Assembly: GCA_964626635.1 (NCBI GenBank)
Contig: CAZVFY010000003.1
Coordinates: 7,449 to 71,448, forward strand
Source of the DNA: an uncultured Candidatus Saccharibacteria bacterium
GTDB lineage: Bacteria > Patescibacteriota > Minisyncoccia > Phycocordibacterales > UBA918
Direction of reading: 5' to 3'
Length of the DNA: 64,000 nucleotides
Of the stretch, positions 26,709-36,492 are shown piece by piece. Made by a program: the position numbers and the translations under genes. Position 1 is the stretch's first letter. Each line of letters starts with the position of its first letter. A model generated the notes under the pieces. It was not told where the DNA came from, did not search any database, and was given only the letters and a program-made list of their open reading frames with translations.

Positions 26709-28448
26709 TTTAATGATGACATTGCGAACAAAAAAATTGCCTCACTTCGGTTAAGTGAGACTGAGCGACGCACCGCTGCTTTAGCGGCACAATCAGGGTA
26801 CGAATACATCAATCTTCAAGGCTACACTATTAATCCTGAGGCGTTGGCAATAGTACCGGAATCGCTAGCGCGCGCCGGTGAATTTACAGCCTTTCAACTC
26901 ATACAAAAGACACTGTCGATTGGGGTCAAAGATCCGCACGCAACGAACACCAAGGCCGCTATCGCGCGTTTGCAGAACGAGGGATACACCGTTCTTATAT
27001 ATTTAGTGTCGCAAAGTAGCCTGGAACACACCTGGAAACGGTACGCTGACATTAGTAACATTTACGCTGAGAAAAAGGGTGTGTTTGAAATTAGCGCCGT
27101 TGATATCGACCGTTTAACAAAACAAATCACCACCATTGCTGATATCAGACCGCTACTTGTAGAGATAAAAACAGCCAATACCTCGTATCGGATTTCTCAG
27201 ACTCTGGAACTGCTGTTTGCTGGGGCGCTGGCGCTTGACGCATCTGATGTTCATATTGAACCCGAAGCAGAGGCAATCCGAGTTCGTTACCGATTAGACG
27301 GAGTATTGCATGATGTGGCGGAACTAGAAAAGTTCACCTACGAACGAATTATGTCTCGACTAAAATTACTGTCTGGCATGATTTTGAATAATAAAATTGC
27401 TGCCCAAGATGGACGCTTCACTTTTGATACCACAAATAAAGAAGTGGAAGTGCGCGCCTCAGTTATCCCTGGTGCGATTGGCGAGTCAATCGTCATGCGA
27501 CTACTTGATCCAACTGTCGCTAGTTTCCAAATGGCTCGATTACAACTAAACCCGCATGTCGAAGCTGTTATAGAGCGCGAGCTAAAGAAACCAAACGGGT
27601 TGATTATTACTACCGGCCCAACTGGTTCAGGAAAAACGACTGCACTTTACGCATTCTTGCAGCAAGTGCACAGTGAGGGGGTAAAAATTATTACTATTGA
27701 AAACCCCGTGGAGTACAAGTTAGACGGGATTGTTCAAACCCAAATTGGTGATGACTACACTTTCGCTTCAGGGTTGCGCGCGATCTTGCGACAAGACCCC
27801 GATGTGATTCTAGTCGGTGAGATTCGTGACCGAGAAGTCGCCGAGACCGCTTTCCATTCGGCGCAGACTGGTCACCTGGTGTTCTCTACCCTACACACCA
27901 ATAGCGCGGTCGCTGGGTTCGCGAGACTGATGGATCTAGGAGTTGACCCACGAATTTTTGGTTCATCCCTCAATATGATGCTTGGCCAACGATTAATCCG
28001 AGTATTGTGCGATGACTGCAAACAAGTACACACGCCAACTGCTACGGAGATTCGTTTAATAAAACGTATTCTTGAAACCTATCCGCACCCCGAAGAACTC
28101 CAGGCTATTAAACAAATTTACACTGCGACTGGATGCGATAAATGCGAGCGAAGTGGCTACCGCGGCCGAGTAGGAATTTACGAAGCAATTGTAATGGACG
28201 AAGCAGTCGAGGAAATTGTACTCCGTGATCCACGAGAACATATGATAAAGGAGGCTGCCTTACCTCAAGGGATACCAACTCTTGAGCAAGATGGCATTAT
28301 CAAAGTATTACAAGGTGTTACCTCACTTGCCGAACTGGAACGAGTGGTTGAATTACCACGCGAGCAAGAGTCCATGGCTATAGAAAATTCGACTACGTTT
28401 AATTCTGATGAGGAATATAATGACGATTTCCTTAGGCATGTTGTCTAA
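26700..28448 (+). CDS. pilB: Type IV pilus / type II secretion family assembly ATPase (PilB/GspE)
   Basis: Walker A TGPTGSGKTT, VITIENPVEY, Asp and His boxes, C-terminal tetracysteine CDDC ... CDKC. Start placed at ATG 26700 to avoid the 86-nt antisense overlap with tsaE. Confidence 0.85.
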   Translation: MLQFNDDIANKKIASLRLSETERRTAALAAQSGYEYINLQGYTINPEALAIVPESLARAGEFTAFQLIQKTLSIGVKDPHATNTKAAIARLQNEGYTVLIYLVSQSSLEHTWKRYADISNIYAEKKGVFEISAVDIDRLTKQITTIADIRPLLVEIKTANTSYRISQTLELLFAGALALDASDVHIEPEAEAIRVRYRLDGVLHDVAELEKFTYERIMSRLKLLSGMILNNKIAAQDGRFTFDTTNKEVEVRASVIPGAIGESIVMRLLDPTVASFQMARLQLNPHVEAVIERELKKPNGLIITTGPTGSGKTTALYAFLQQVHSEGVKIITIENPVEYKLDGIVQTQIGDDYTFASGLRAILRQDPDVILVGEIRDREVAETAFHSAQTGHLVFSTLHTNSAVAGFARLMDLGVDPRIFGSSLNMMLGQRLIRVLCDDCKQVHTPTATEIRLIKRILETYPHPEELQAIKQIYTATGCDKCERSGYRGRVGIYEAIVMDEAVEEIVLRDPREHMIKEAALPQGIPTLEQDGIIKVLQGVTSLAELERVVELPREQESMAIENSTTFNSDEEYNDDFLRHVV

Positions 28449-28535
28449 ATTCTCTTGTCTGGGTAACGAAGTGATAAAAGGTCAATACCTAGCGTACAAA
28501 ATTCATGCTATCTTCGAACTGGATCTCGAACCGAT

Positions 28536-28662
28536 AACTCTCTAAGCAAAGCTTCCGCATTGAAAGTGAATGCCGCGCTAAGGAGACTGCGAGCGCTCTG
28601 GGTCTAAGCCTAGTGCCAGCAAGATCCTCGCAACGCACCCAAGTTGCTTAGAGAGTTATAGG
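28536..28662 (+). ncRNA. Candidate structured RNA. A closed ~125-nt domain in which CGATAACTCTCTAAGCAA pairs with TTGCTTAGAGAGTTATAG around internal hairpins.
   Basis: 17-bp long-range complementarity plus internal stems (GCATTgaaagtgAATGC; CGCGCT..AGCGCTC) in the 320-bp pilB-ruvB spacer. No match recognised to RNase P, tmRNA or SRP RNA motifs. Confidence 0.25.
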
Positions 28663-28832
28663 TTTGAAACTCATTGTCGGTAGCCTATCGTTGACTACTG
28701 GAACTCTAGTCACAATTGCATGCGACGGGGAACTGCTGTAACTCAAATAAGATAGCATACTTTATATAATTGTCAACACTTTACAGTCAACCCGTGCGGT
28801 CATCTACAGATATTGTTAGAATAAGTAAGTAT

Positions 28833-29825
28833 ATGAGTAATCCCCCTATCCAACGCGATGCCACGGCAAACTTAGATCGTACCCTGCGTCCGCACTCATG
28901 GGAAGAATACGTCGGGCAAAGTAAAACTAAAGAAAATCTACGTATCCTGTTGACCGCCGCTCGAGAGCGCGGGCACGCGGCTGAACACGTTTTATTGTAC
29001 GGCCCCCCTGGCCTAGGTAAGACCACTCTAGCCAACTTAATCGCCGAGACGCTTGGCACTAACCTAAAGACTACTTCTGGTCCAGCTGTCGAAAAAGTAG
29101 CCGACTTAGCAGCCATTCTGACCAACTTAGGCCCGGGAGACGTACTATTTATTGATGAGATTCACCGCCTCAGTAAAAGCATCGAGGAAGTGCTCTATCC
29201 AGCTATGGAATCAGGCGTGCTTGATATCATTATCGGCAAAGGACCCTCGGCGCGCACCGTGCAGCTAGAGCTACCGCCATTTACGATGGTGGCAGCCACC
29301 ACCAAAGTGTCAGGTATTTCGGCGCCACTGCGATCACGGTTTTCTGGTGGTGCGTTTCGATTAGAATTTTATACCCCCGAAGAAATTGCCCACATCCTAG
29401 AACGATCAGCCGGCATTCTCGAGGTACCAGTGGCGACCGCGATGCTGCATGACATTGCGGCGCGTTGTCGAGCGACGCCGCGCACGGCGAACTATTTATT
29501 AAAGCGCTGTCGCGATCTGGCGCAACTCGACAACTCCCCGATTACGCCCGAGGTGGTCGCTCGCACCTTTGGTTTATTGGGTATCGACAGGGCGGGATTG
29601 ACCGAGAGCGATCGCGGCGTACTGCGCTATATTATCGAAAAGGTTGGTGGGGGCCCGGTTGGTTTATCAACGATCGCCGCCGCAACAGGTGAAGAGGTTA
29701 GCACTATTGAGGAAGTGATCGAGCCCTACCTCATCCGTCTCGGTTTTATCGAGCGTACACCGCGCGGTCGAATCGCTACAAGTGCCGCATATCAGCATGT
29801 AGATGAAACTGGCCGTACGACTTGA
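28833..29825 (+). CDS. ruvB: Holliday junction ATP-dependent DNA helicase RuvB
   Basis: LLYGPPGLGKTTLANLIA Walker A, LFIDEIHRL Walker B, C-terminal winged helix. Confidence 0.9.
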   Translation: MSNPPIQRDATANLDRTLRPHSWEEYVGQSKTKENLRILLTAARERGHAAEHVLLYGPPGLGKTTLANLIAETLGTNLKTTSGPAVEKVADLAAILTNLGPGDVLFIDEIHRLSKSIEEVLYPAMESGVLDIIIGKGPSARTVQLELPPFTMVAATTKVSGISAPLRSRFSGGAFRLEFYTPEEIAHILERSAGILEVPVATAMLHDIAARCRATPRTANYLLKRCRDLAQLDNSPITPEVVARTFGLLGIDRAGLTESDRGVLRYIIEKVGGGPVGLSTIAAATGEEVSTIEEVIEPYLIRLGFIERTPRGRIATSAAYQHVDETGRTT

Positions 29826-29856
29826 GTCTCGCCACACGCTGGGCTATGCTAATACT

Positions 29857-30387
29857 ATGTCGGGTCATAACAAATGGAGCAAAATAAAACACAAAAAAGC
29901 CGCGACCGATGCCGCTCGCGGTAAAGTGTTCTCGAAGCATTCCAAACTTATTACAATGGAAGTTCGCAACGCTGGTGGTGACTTTACCGTGGCAAATGTG
30001 CTTGCAGCCGTTGAACGAGCCAAACGCGACAGTATGCCAAAAGACAACATTGAGCGCGCCCTGCAAAAAGGTGCTGGGGCCGGGGCAAGTGAATTACAGT
30101 CAGTCCAGTACGAGGGTTTTGGGCCGGGTGGCGTACCGCTACTGATTAATGCTGTCACTGATAACAACAATCGGACAGCAAGCGAAATTCGGCATACGTT
30201 TAGCAAGGCTGGGTTAGAATTAGGGGCGCCTGGTTCAGCAGCTTGGGCATTTACTCGCACTGAAACCGGTTATAAACCACTCACACCGATTGAAATAACC
30301 GACGAGAAAGCTGATGCATTGGAGGTATTTATTGATGCGCTAGAAGCAAACGATGATGTGACCGAAGTATTTACCGGCGCTCAATAA
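29857..30387 (+). CDS. yebC: YebC/PmpR family DNA-binding regulator (short form)
   Basis: MSGHNKWSKIKHKKAATDAARGKVFSK N-terminus. Confidence 0.75.
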   Translation: MSGHNKWSKIKHKKAATDAARGKVFSKHSKLITMEVRNAGGDFTVANVLAAVERAKRDSMPKDNIERALQKGAGAGASELQSVQYEGFGPGGVPLLINAVTDNNNRTASEIRHTFSKAGLELGAPGSAAWAFTRTETGYKPLTPIEITDEKADALEVFIDALEANDDVTEVFTGAQ

Positions 30388-30393
30388 TTGTCT

Positions 30394-30873
30394 ATGCGTG
30401 TTATCGGTATTGACCCAGGATACGACCGAGTCGGGGTCGCAGTACTAGAATACCAAATGGGACAGGAAGTGGTTCTGTTTTCTACTTGCATTGAAACTGA
30501 CCGCACCAAAACTTTAACTGCTCGCTGCGTCTTTATTGGACAACAGCTATGTTCCATTATTGAGGATCAGTGTGTGACACACCTGGCCATCGAGAGTCTT
30601 TTTTTTAATCAAAATGTTAGCACCGCCCTTAAAGTTGCCGAGGCTCGAGGAGTGATTTTATACGTTGCCTCTCTAGCTGGTTGTACCATTCACGAATTCA
30701 GTCCCCAAGCAATCAAAATCGCTATCACTGGTACTGGTAATAGTAAAAAGACTGACATTAAACGTATGTTACACCAGCTACTCCCCACCACCCCGCAACA
30801 TGCCCTTGACGACGAGTACGATGCAATTGCTATCGGTATAACCTGCCTTGCGCATCATGGGCGGGGCGCGTAA
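30394..30873 (+). CDS. ruvC: Crossover junction endodeoxyribonuclease RuvC
   Basis: MRVIGIDPGYDRVGVAVLE catalytic Asp region. Position after ruvB-yebC. Confidence 0.8.
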   Translation: MRVIGIDPGYDRVGVAVLEYQMGQEVVLFSTCIETDRTKTLTARCVFIGQQLCSIIEDQCVTHLAIESLFFNQNVSTALKVAEARGVILYVASLAGCTIHEFSPQAIKIAITGTGNSKKTDIKRMLHQLLPTTPQHALDDEYDAIAIGITCLAHHGRGA

Positions 30874-30906
30874 AATCGGATCGAAATTAGCGGTAAATTA
30901 TTTCTT

Positions 30907-31173
30907 ATGTCCGACGAATTAGATCCGATCACACCCGAAGAGACTGAACTCGATGACGAGGATGCTACCATCGACGACGAAGCGCTTGCTGCTGTCGACG
31001 AGGAAGAAACCGTAACCGACACTGAAGAAGAAGGATTTGGTCGGACCGATGAAAACGCAGAAGCTGATGACGAAGAAGAGGAGTCTGAAGATGATGTCGA
31101 CACCCTAGACGAGTTAGAAGAAGACGCGGAAGACGTCGATTTTGATACCTTTGATGACGTTGACGAACGGTAA
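30907..31173 (+). CDS. Hyper-acidic 88-aa protein (about 50% Asp/Glu)
   Basis: Intact ORF in the ruvC-tyrS spacer. Weak RBS. The overlapping antisense ORF is Ser-rich and judged an artefact. Confidence 0.4.
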   Translation: MSDELDPITPEETELDDEDATIDDEALAAVDEEETVTDTEEEGFGRTDENAEADDEEEESEDDVDTLDELEEDAEDVDFDTFDDVDER

Positions 31174-31192
31174 ATAGATCAGGCCCTTAGGT

Positions 31193-32431
31193 CTAATCTA
31201 TTTTCTTTAAAACCATACAAGACCGCTTCTTGCCGCGACGAATAATCTGGGAATCCGCCACCCAGTCCGTGACTTGGTCAGTTTCAGTGGTCACTGTTTT
31301 TGTACCAACCTTAACAGCTCCGGCAGTGATGAATTCTCGCGCTTCGCGTTTACTGCTGGCGAGTTCAGTCTGTACCAATAAATCCAAAATGGTTTCGCTC
31401 CCACTAACCGAGTAGGTTGGTATGGCACTGCGTAATGTTTCCACTGACAGCGCACTCAGTTCAATCTCGCCACCGCTAAACAACACGGCATTGGCAGCTT
31501 CAATTTTCTCAACCTCAAACTCACCATGCACTAGCTTCGTCACGTTCTGTGCCAAGGTTTTCTGCGCCATGCGGGCAGCCGGTTCAGCTTGCATGTTTGC
31601 TGCAATTTGTTCTACTTCAGACAATGGTAAAAACGTGAACAAACGCAAATAATCAATCACACTTTCGTCGTTCACATTAAACCAAAACTGGTAAAACTCA
31701 TAGGGTGAAGTCTTTTCTGGATCAAGCCACACGGCGTTCCCTTCACTCTTACCAAATTTTTTGCCAGTCGCTCGGTCAGTAATGAGTGGAGTGGTCAGGA
31801 CATGCACTGACGCCCCTTCTTTACGCCTCACAAGATCAACCCCGGCGACCATATTCCCCCACTGGTCCGAGCCGCCAGTTTGTAGTGTGCAGTTATGAGT
31901 TCGGTATAGCTCGAGATAGTCATACCCCTGGATGAGTGGGTACGCGAACTCGGTGTACGATAAACCAACTTCGCTTTGTAAACGGGTTGCAATCGCGTCT
32001 TTTTTAAGTAACTCGTTAACGGTGAAATGTTTACCAACATCACGTAGAAAATCAATTACCTTGATGTTCTGAAACCAGTCATAGTTATTGACTAGCGTTA
32101 CTTGCTTACCGAGTAGTCGCTCGGCTTGGGCGCGCATCTTGGTAATCCGGTTTTCAATTTCTGCCTCGTCGATCAGTGGTCGTTCACTGTCTGGTTTGGG
32201 GTCACCAATCCGACCAGTTGCACCGCCGACCAGCAACACTACCTGATGGCCGTGATCGACCAAGTGTTTGAGTAGCACCCACTGCACAAAGTTACCCGCA
32301 TGGATTGAGTCGGCCGAGGGATCAAAACCGTGGTAGACTACGCGTTTTTCCTGATCAGTGATAGCGGCAATTGATTCGGCGGTCGACTGATGGACGAAAC
32401 CACGGGCCGCGAGCTCTTCGGACAGTGTCAT
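31193..32431 (-). CDS. tyrS: Tyrosine--tRNA ligase
   Basis: HIGH-region variant (PSADSIHAGN), KMSKS-type KFGKS, C-terminal S4 domain. Confidence 0.85.
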   Translation of the reverse strand: MTLSEELAARGFVHQSTAESIAAITDQEKRVVYHGFDPSADSIHAGNFVQWVLLKHLVDHGHQVVLLVGGATGRIGDPKPDSERPLIDEAEIENRITKMRAQAERLLGKQVTLVNNYDWFQNIKVIDFLRDVGKHFTVNELLKKDAIATRLQSEVGLSYTEFAYPLIQGYDYLELYRTHNCTLQTGGSDQWGNMVAGVDLVRRKEGASVHVLTTPLITDRATGKKFGKSEGNAVWLDPEKTSPYEFYQFWFNVNDESVIDYLRLFTFLPLSEVEQIAANMQAEPAARMAQKTLAQNVTKLVHGEFEVEKIEAANAVLFSGGEIELSALSVETLRSAIPTYSVSGSETILDLLVQTELASSKREAREFITAGAVKVGTKTVTTETDQVTDWVADSQIIRRGKKRSCMVLKKID

Positions 32432-32512
32432 AAACGAAATAATAGTAACACGCAAGCGTAGTAGACGTAACTAGACAACACTTATCCCTTTCGTGCTAGT
32501 ATTGGCATACTC

Positions 32513-34801
32513 ATGGTTAAACGCAAAAACATTCGCTGGTGGCAACTAGCGAAAAATATACTCATTGACGGCTTTATTTTTATTCTGGCTTTTTTAATTA
32601 TTGTGTTTGCCGGCATACTGATTTGGGTGTCCAGCCTCAATATTCCTGATCTGAATGCGTTCGATGAACGGCAAGTTTTACAGTCGACAAAAATTTATGA
32701 CCGTACCGGAGAAATCTTGCTGTATGACCTCCATGAAGACGTCAAGCGTACTATTATTCCACTTGAAGAAATGTCGAGACATATCAAAAACGCAACGATC
32801 GCGATTGAAGATGATCAATTTTACAATCACATCGGCGTTGATGTCCGGGCAATTGCCCGCGCCGCTGTGTCAAATCTCCAAGACGGCGATCTCCTTGGTG
32901 GACAAGGTGGTTCAACCATCACCCAACAGGTTATTAAAAATTCAATTTTAGAGAACGATAAAACCCTCACCCGAAAAGCCAAAGAGGCAATTCTTTCCAT
33001 TAAACTCGAACGTACCTTAGAAAAAGATGAAATCCTTGAGGTGTATCTTAACGAATCACCTTATGGTGGCACCATTTATGGGGTCGAAGAAGCAGCACAA
33101 ACATTCTTCGATACTTCAGCGCGCGATATTACATTAGCTGAAGCTGCTTATTTAGCTGCCCTTCCCCAGGCCCCTTCACGCCTTTCGCCATACGGTAGCA
33201 ACCGAGAACTCTTAGACAATCGTCAGCAATTAGTGCTTGAGCGTATGCGCATCAATGGTTTTATTTCGGTTGAAGAGTACGAAGAAGCATCAGCAGCCGA
33301 GGTGGAATTTGAACCGGCCGCAATTACCAGTATCAATGCACCACATTTTGTAATGCATGTGATCGAGGAACTAACCGAACGATATGACGATAAAACGTTG
33401 GCTGAACAAGGTTTACGCGTTATTACGACACTCGATTACGAACTTCAGAAATCAGCTGAGGAGATTGTCGCCAAGCGTGTGGCTGAAAACACTGAGAAGT
33501 TTAACGCCACAAACGCTGCGCTAGTAGCCACCGATCCACAAACTGGTGATGTGCTAGTGATGGTGGGTTCACGGGACTATTTTGATGAAGAAAACGACGG
33601 TAATTTTAATGTAGCTAAAGCCAACCGCCAACCAGGGTCTTCCATCAAACCGTTTGTGTACGCAAACGCCTGGCGTAAAGGGTATCTTCCAAACACAATC
33701 CTATTTGATGTACCCACGCAATTTTCTCCCGCCTGTGAACCGTGGGAAATCACGTCCGAATCACCGTGTTATGCACCCCGTAATTATAATAATCAATTTG
33801 TAGGGCCAATTTCTATGCGTAACGCACTCGCTCAATCACTCAACATTCCAGCCGTCAAAACACTTTACTTGGCTGGTCTAGACGATACTGTGCAATTCGC
33901 TACGGAAATGGGGTTGACGACACTGACGGATACTGAACGGTATGGCCTTACCTTGGTGCTGGGTGGTGGTGAGGTGCGTCTACTGGATATGACGCACGCA
34001 TACGGCGTATTTGCTAACGAAGGAGTTCGAGCCGAGCCACGTAGCATTTTAAAGGTTGAGGATGTGAACGGTGAAACCATCGAGGATATGACCGAGATAA
34101 CATCAAGGCGAGTCTTAGATGAGAACACTGCCCGAATGGTGAGTGATGTGCTGTCAGATAATGTTGCTCGGGCGCCATTATGGGGTGCGTTTTCGCTCGT
34201 TAATTTTGCCGACCGTGATGTTGCACTTAAATCAGGCAGTACCAATGATTTACGTGACGCTTGGATTATGGGGTACACCCCTAACCTGGCCGTTGGAGCA
34301 TGGGTGGGAAATAATGACAACGCTACGATGGGTGGAGGATTGTCTGGGCTTATTACTACTCCAATGTGGCGTGAATTTATGGATGTCGCCCTCTCTGATC
34401 TCGAGTCACAAACGTTCACTCAGCCCCAAATCAACACTAGCGGCGTCAAACCAGTCGTCCGTGGACAATACTTGCGCCTAGCCGACCTCTCGAACGCCTC
34501 TGGCACGAATGCTCTCGACCTCGCTGCCCCGTACCGAAATATCAATAATATCCTGCACTACGTAATCAAATCAGATCCCAACGGACCACTACCTAACAAC
34601 CCCGCCAGTGACCCCGCTTACGACAACTGGCAGTATGGTGTGCGTCAGTGGGTAGAAACCACGTACGGCCCCCTTATCAGCGCGCTCGAAGCTAGTGCCG
34701 CTGCGACCGCCGCCCTGGAAGAATTAGAACAAGAGGTAGCTGATCAAGAAGATGATGAGAATGAGAGTGAGCGCTCAACACGCCGCCGCCTGCGCGACTA
34801 G
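32513..34801 (+). CDS. Class A penicillin-binding protein (glycosyltransferase + transpeptidase)
   Basis: GT51 motif IEDDQFYNHIGVD, GGSTITQQ, transpeptidase SSIKPF (SxxK), N-terminal TM anchor. 762 aa. Confidence 0.85.
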   Translation: MVKRKNIRWWQLAKNILIDGFIFILAFLIIVFAGILIWVSSLNIPDLNAFDERQVLQSTKIYDRTGEILLYDLHEDVKRTIIPLEEMSRHIKNATIAIEDDQFYNHIGVDVRAIARAAVSNLQDGDLLGGQGGSTITQQVIKNSILENDKTLTRKAKEAILSIKLERTLEKDEILEVYLNESPYGGTIYGVEEAAQTFFDTSARDITLAEAAYLAALPQAPSRLSPYGSNRELLDNRQQLVLERMRINGFISVEEYEEASAAEVEFEPAAITSINAPHFVMHVIEELTERYDDKTLAEQGLRVITTLDYELQKSAEEIVAKRVAENTEKFNATNAALVATDPQTGDVLVMVGSRDYFDEENDGNFNVAKANRQPGSSIKPFVYANAWRKGYLPNTILFDVPTQFSPACEPWEITSESPCYAPRNYNNQFVGPISMRNALAQSLNIPAVKTLYLAGLDDTVQFATEMGLTTLTDTERYGLTLVLGGGEVRLLDMTHAYGVFANEGVRAEPRSILKVEDVNGETIEDMTEITSRRVLDENTARMVSDVLSDNVARAPLWGAFSLVNFADRDVALKSGSTNDLRDAWIMGYTPNLAVGAWVGNNDNATMGGGLSGLITTPMWREFMDVALSDLESQTFTQPQINTSGVKPVVRGQYLRLADLSNASGTNALDLAAPYRNINNILHYVIKSDPNGPLPNNPASDPAYDNWQYGVRQWVETTYGPLISALEASAAATAALEELEQEVADQEDDENESERSTRRRLRD

Positions 34802-35064
34802 CTAATCCGCTTGGGGGCATTATCGGGCCCGAGTATTTCACGAAGCAATCCAATGATTCGCTCTTCCTTGCGTTTTATTTCTGTTCGCAATAAGGCTGGT
34901 GTATGAAGCGTGATGGTTCGGGTAGCCGGCACGTACAACACTGATTGGGGTGTGATGTCTAGGTGACAGAATTTTTGGATTGCTTTGACACACTCTTCTT
35001 CAACGTGTTTTTGTGGTGGCCGCAGCGTCAGCGCGTATTTCTGGAATAACTTGCTAATGTGCAT
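34798..35064 (-). CDS. DUF721-like small protein downstream of dnaN
   Basis: Position (dnaA-dnaN-x) and size are consistent with DciA/DUF721-like proteins. Weak sequence support. Confidence 0.35.
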   Translation of the reverse strand: MHISKLFQKYALTLRPPQKHVEEECVKAIQKFCHLDITPQSVLYVPATRTITLHTPALLRTEIKRKEERIIGLLREILGPDNAPKRIS

Positions 35065-35065
35065 A

Positions 35066-36160
35066 TTAGCGGTTCATCGGCATTACCAAATAACGCACCG
35101 TAGCGCTCCCCTTTGGACTAATCACTAGCGGCCGACCGATCCCGGCAAACCGTAACTCGAGCGTGTCACCCACAAAGTGCTGCAGTGACTCCACCAAATA
35201 CTGCTGGTTGAAATTAAGCGATAACTCTTCCCCGTCAACGGCCGCATTAATCGTATCAGTGGTCTGCCCCACGTCGGCGTTCTGCGCCGACACCGTCAGT
35301 GACTGTTCACCAATTACCAAGGCTACTTGACGGAATTTATTTAAAAAGATATTGGTTTTTTTAGTTGATTGCTGGAAATCGGCCTTGAGGATATCTACAG
35401 TAGTGACGAATTCTTTAGGGATGATCTGCTCGTAGTCTGGAAATGTTCCAGTCACTAAGCGACTGGCAATGTAAGTCCCGTCAGACCAGCGCAACGCGCA
35501 TTGACTGTCGCTAATGCCTAATTTTGGATCATCGGATTTTAGGTCACACACCCGAGCCAATTCTAAGGCATTCTTTTGCGGCACCATAAGCGATGTCTCG
35601 AACTGCAACCCTGGCTGTGACACAGTCCGCTCCATTAACCGAAACGAGTCTGTCGCCACAAAAGTAAGAGTATCACTTTGTGACTGCTGGATGAACACAC
35701 TACCTAACTCCGGCTTGATTGATGTCTGAGAGGCCGCAAAGGCCACGCTCTTGATCCCTTCGGCGAACAACCTCCCTTTAATTTGTAGCGGTACGTCAGT
35801 GATTTGCTGTAGATTAGGGAACTCATCAGCGGCAAATAATTTGATCGAGGTATTGGAGGTGGTTGTCTCGATTTGCAATGTGTCCCCTTCAGTCCGCAGA
35901 GTAATGTCTGACCCTGACACAAACTGAATACTTTGCAGGAACGTAATAGCGGGGATCGCGATCACCCCCTCACTGACGACCGTACCCGAGAGCGGCACCA
36001 TCACCGATAGTTCCAGGTTCGTTGCCTGAATTGTGATATCACTACCTTTTGCTTCGAGCAGTACACACTGTAAAACAGGGAGGGTTGGATGCTTGCTGGT
36101 GATTCTCGAGACCAGCTCAAGCGCATTCGTTAATTCACTGTGGAGAAGGGTTAGTTCCAT
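35066..36160 (-). CDS. dnaN: DNA polymerase III beta sliding clamp
   Basis: 364 aa, three-domain clamp pattern, immediately downstream of dnaA. Confidence 0.85.
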   Translation of the reverse strand: MELTLLHSELTNALELVSRITSKHPTLPVLQCVLLEAKGSDITIQATNLELSVMVPLSGTVVSEGVIAIPAITFLQSIQFVSGSDITLRTEGDTLQIETTTSNTSIKLFAADEFPNLQQITDVPLQIKGRLFAEGIKSVAFAASQTSIKPELGSVFIQQSQSDTLTFVATDSFRLMERTVSQPGLQFETSLMVPQKNALELARVCDLKSDDPKLGISDSQCALRWSDGTYIASRLVTGTFPDYEQIIPKEFVTTVDILKADFQQSTKKTNIFLNKFRQVALVIGEQSLTVSAQNADVGQTTDTINAAVDGEELSLNFNQQYLVESLQHFVGDTLELRFAGIGRPLVISPKGSATVRYLVMPMNR

Positions 36161-36450
36161 ATCTTTCTTTATACCTTATTTCTTCTTTATTATTAGTGCT
36201 GGGGATAGGGGTATAACTTGATTGTGTGCAAAATAGTAAAGCTATTCTCGTCCCCAATACCCACCGTTTAGGGTGTATTGTTCGGAACCAGGCGCGAACT
36301 ACATGGGGGTAAGTATACCGTATTAGTGGTCAGCTGGGTATAAACAGGACTTATTCGACCAGCTTCCCCACCTCGGCTGTAGCACTACACACACGGTAGT
36401 GCACAGCCTCGCCCAGTGTCTATCCACTTGTACATTGGCAGTTGTTGTAT

Positions 36451-36492
36451 ACATAAAAAAATCCCGCTAATGCGGCGGGATTTTTTATTTAA
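36451..36492. terminator. Hairpin with flanking A/T runs at the dnaA 3' end (ATCCCGC taatgcg GCGGGAT)
   Basis: On the - strand the stem is followed by a U-run. Lies between dnaA and dnaN. Confidence 0.5.

Noticed and set aside
28449-28832. RNase P RNA, tmRNA or SRP RNA in the pilB-ruvB spacer
   Set aside because: No AGGAAAGUCC-type P4 element, no tRNA-like GGTTCGA..CCA end with tag ORF, and no SRP domain IV GGAAG/AGCAG symmetric loop could be found. I kept it only as an unclassified structured-RNA candidate.
30855-31103. Ser-rich 82-aa ORF on the minus strand
   Set aside because: It is the mirror image of the GA-rich codons of the acidic-protein gene. It has no RBS and poly-Ser composition.
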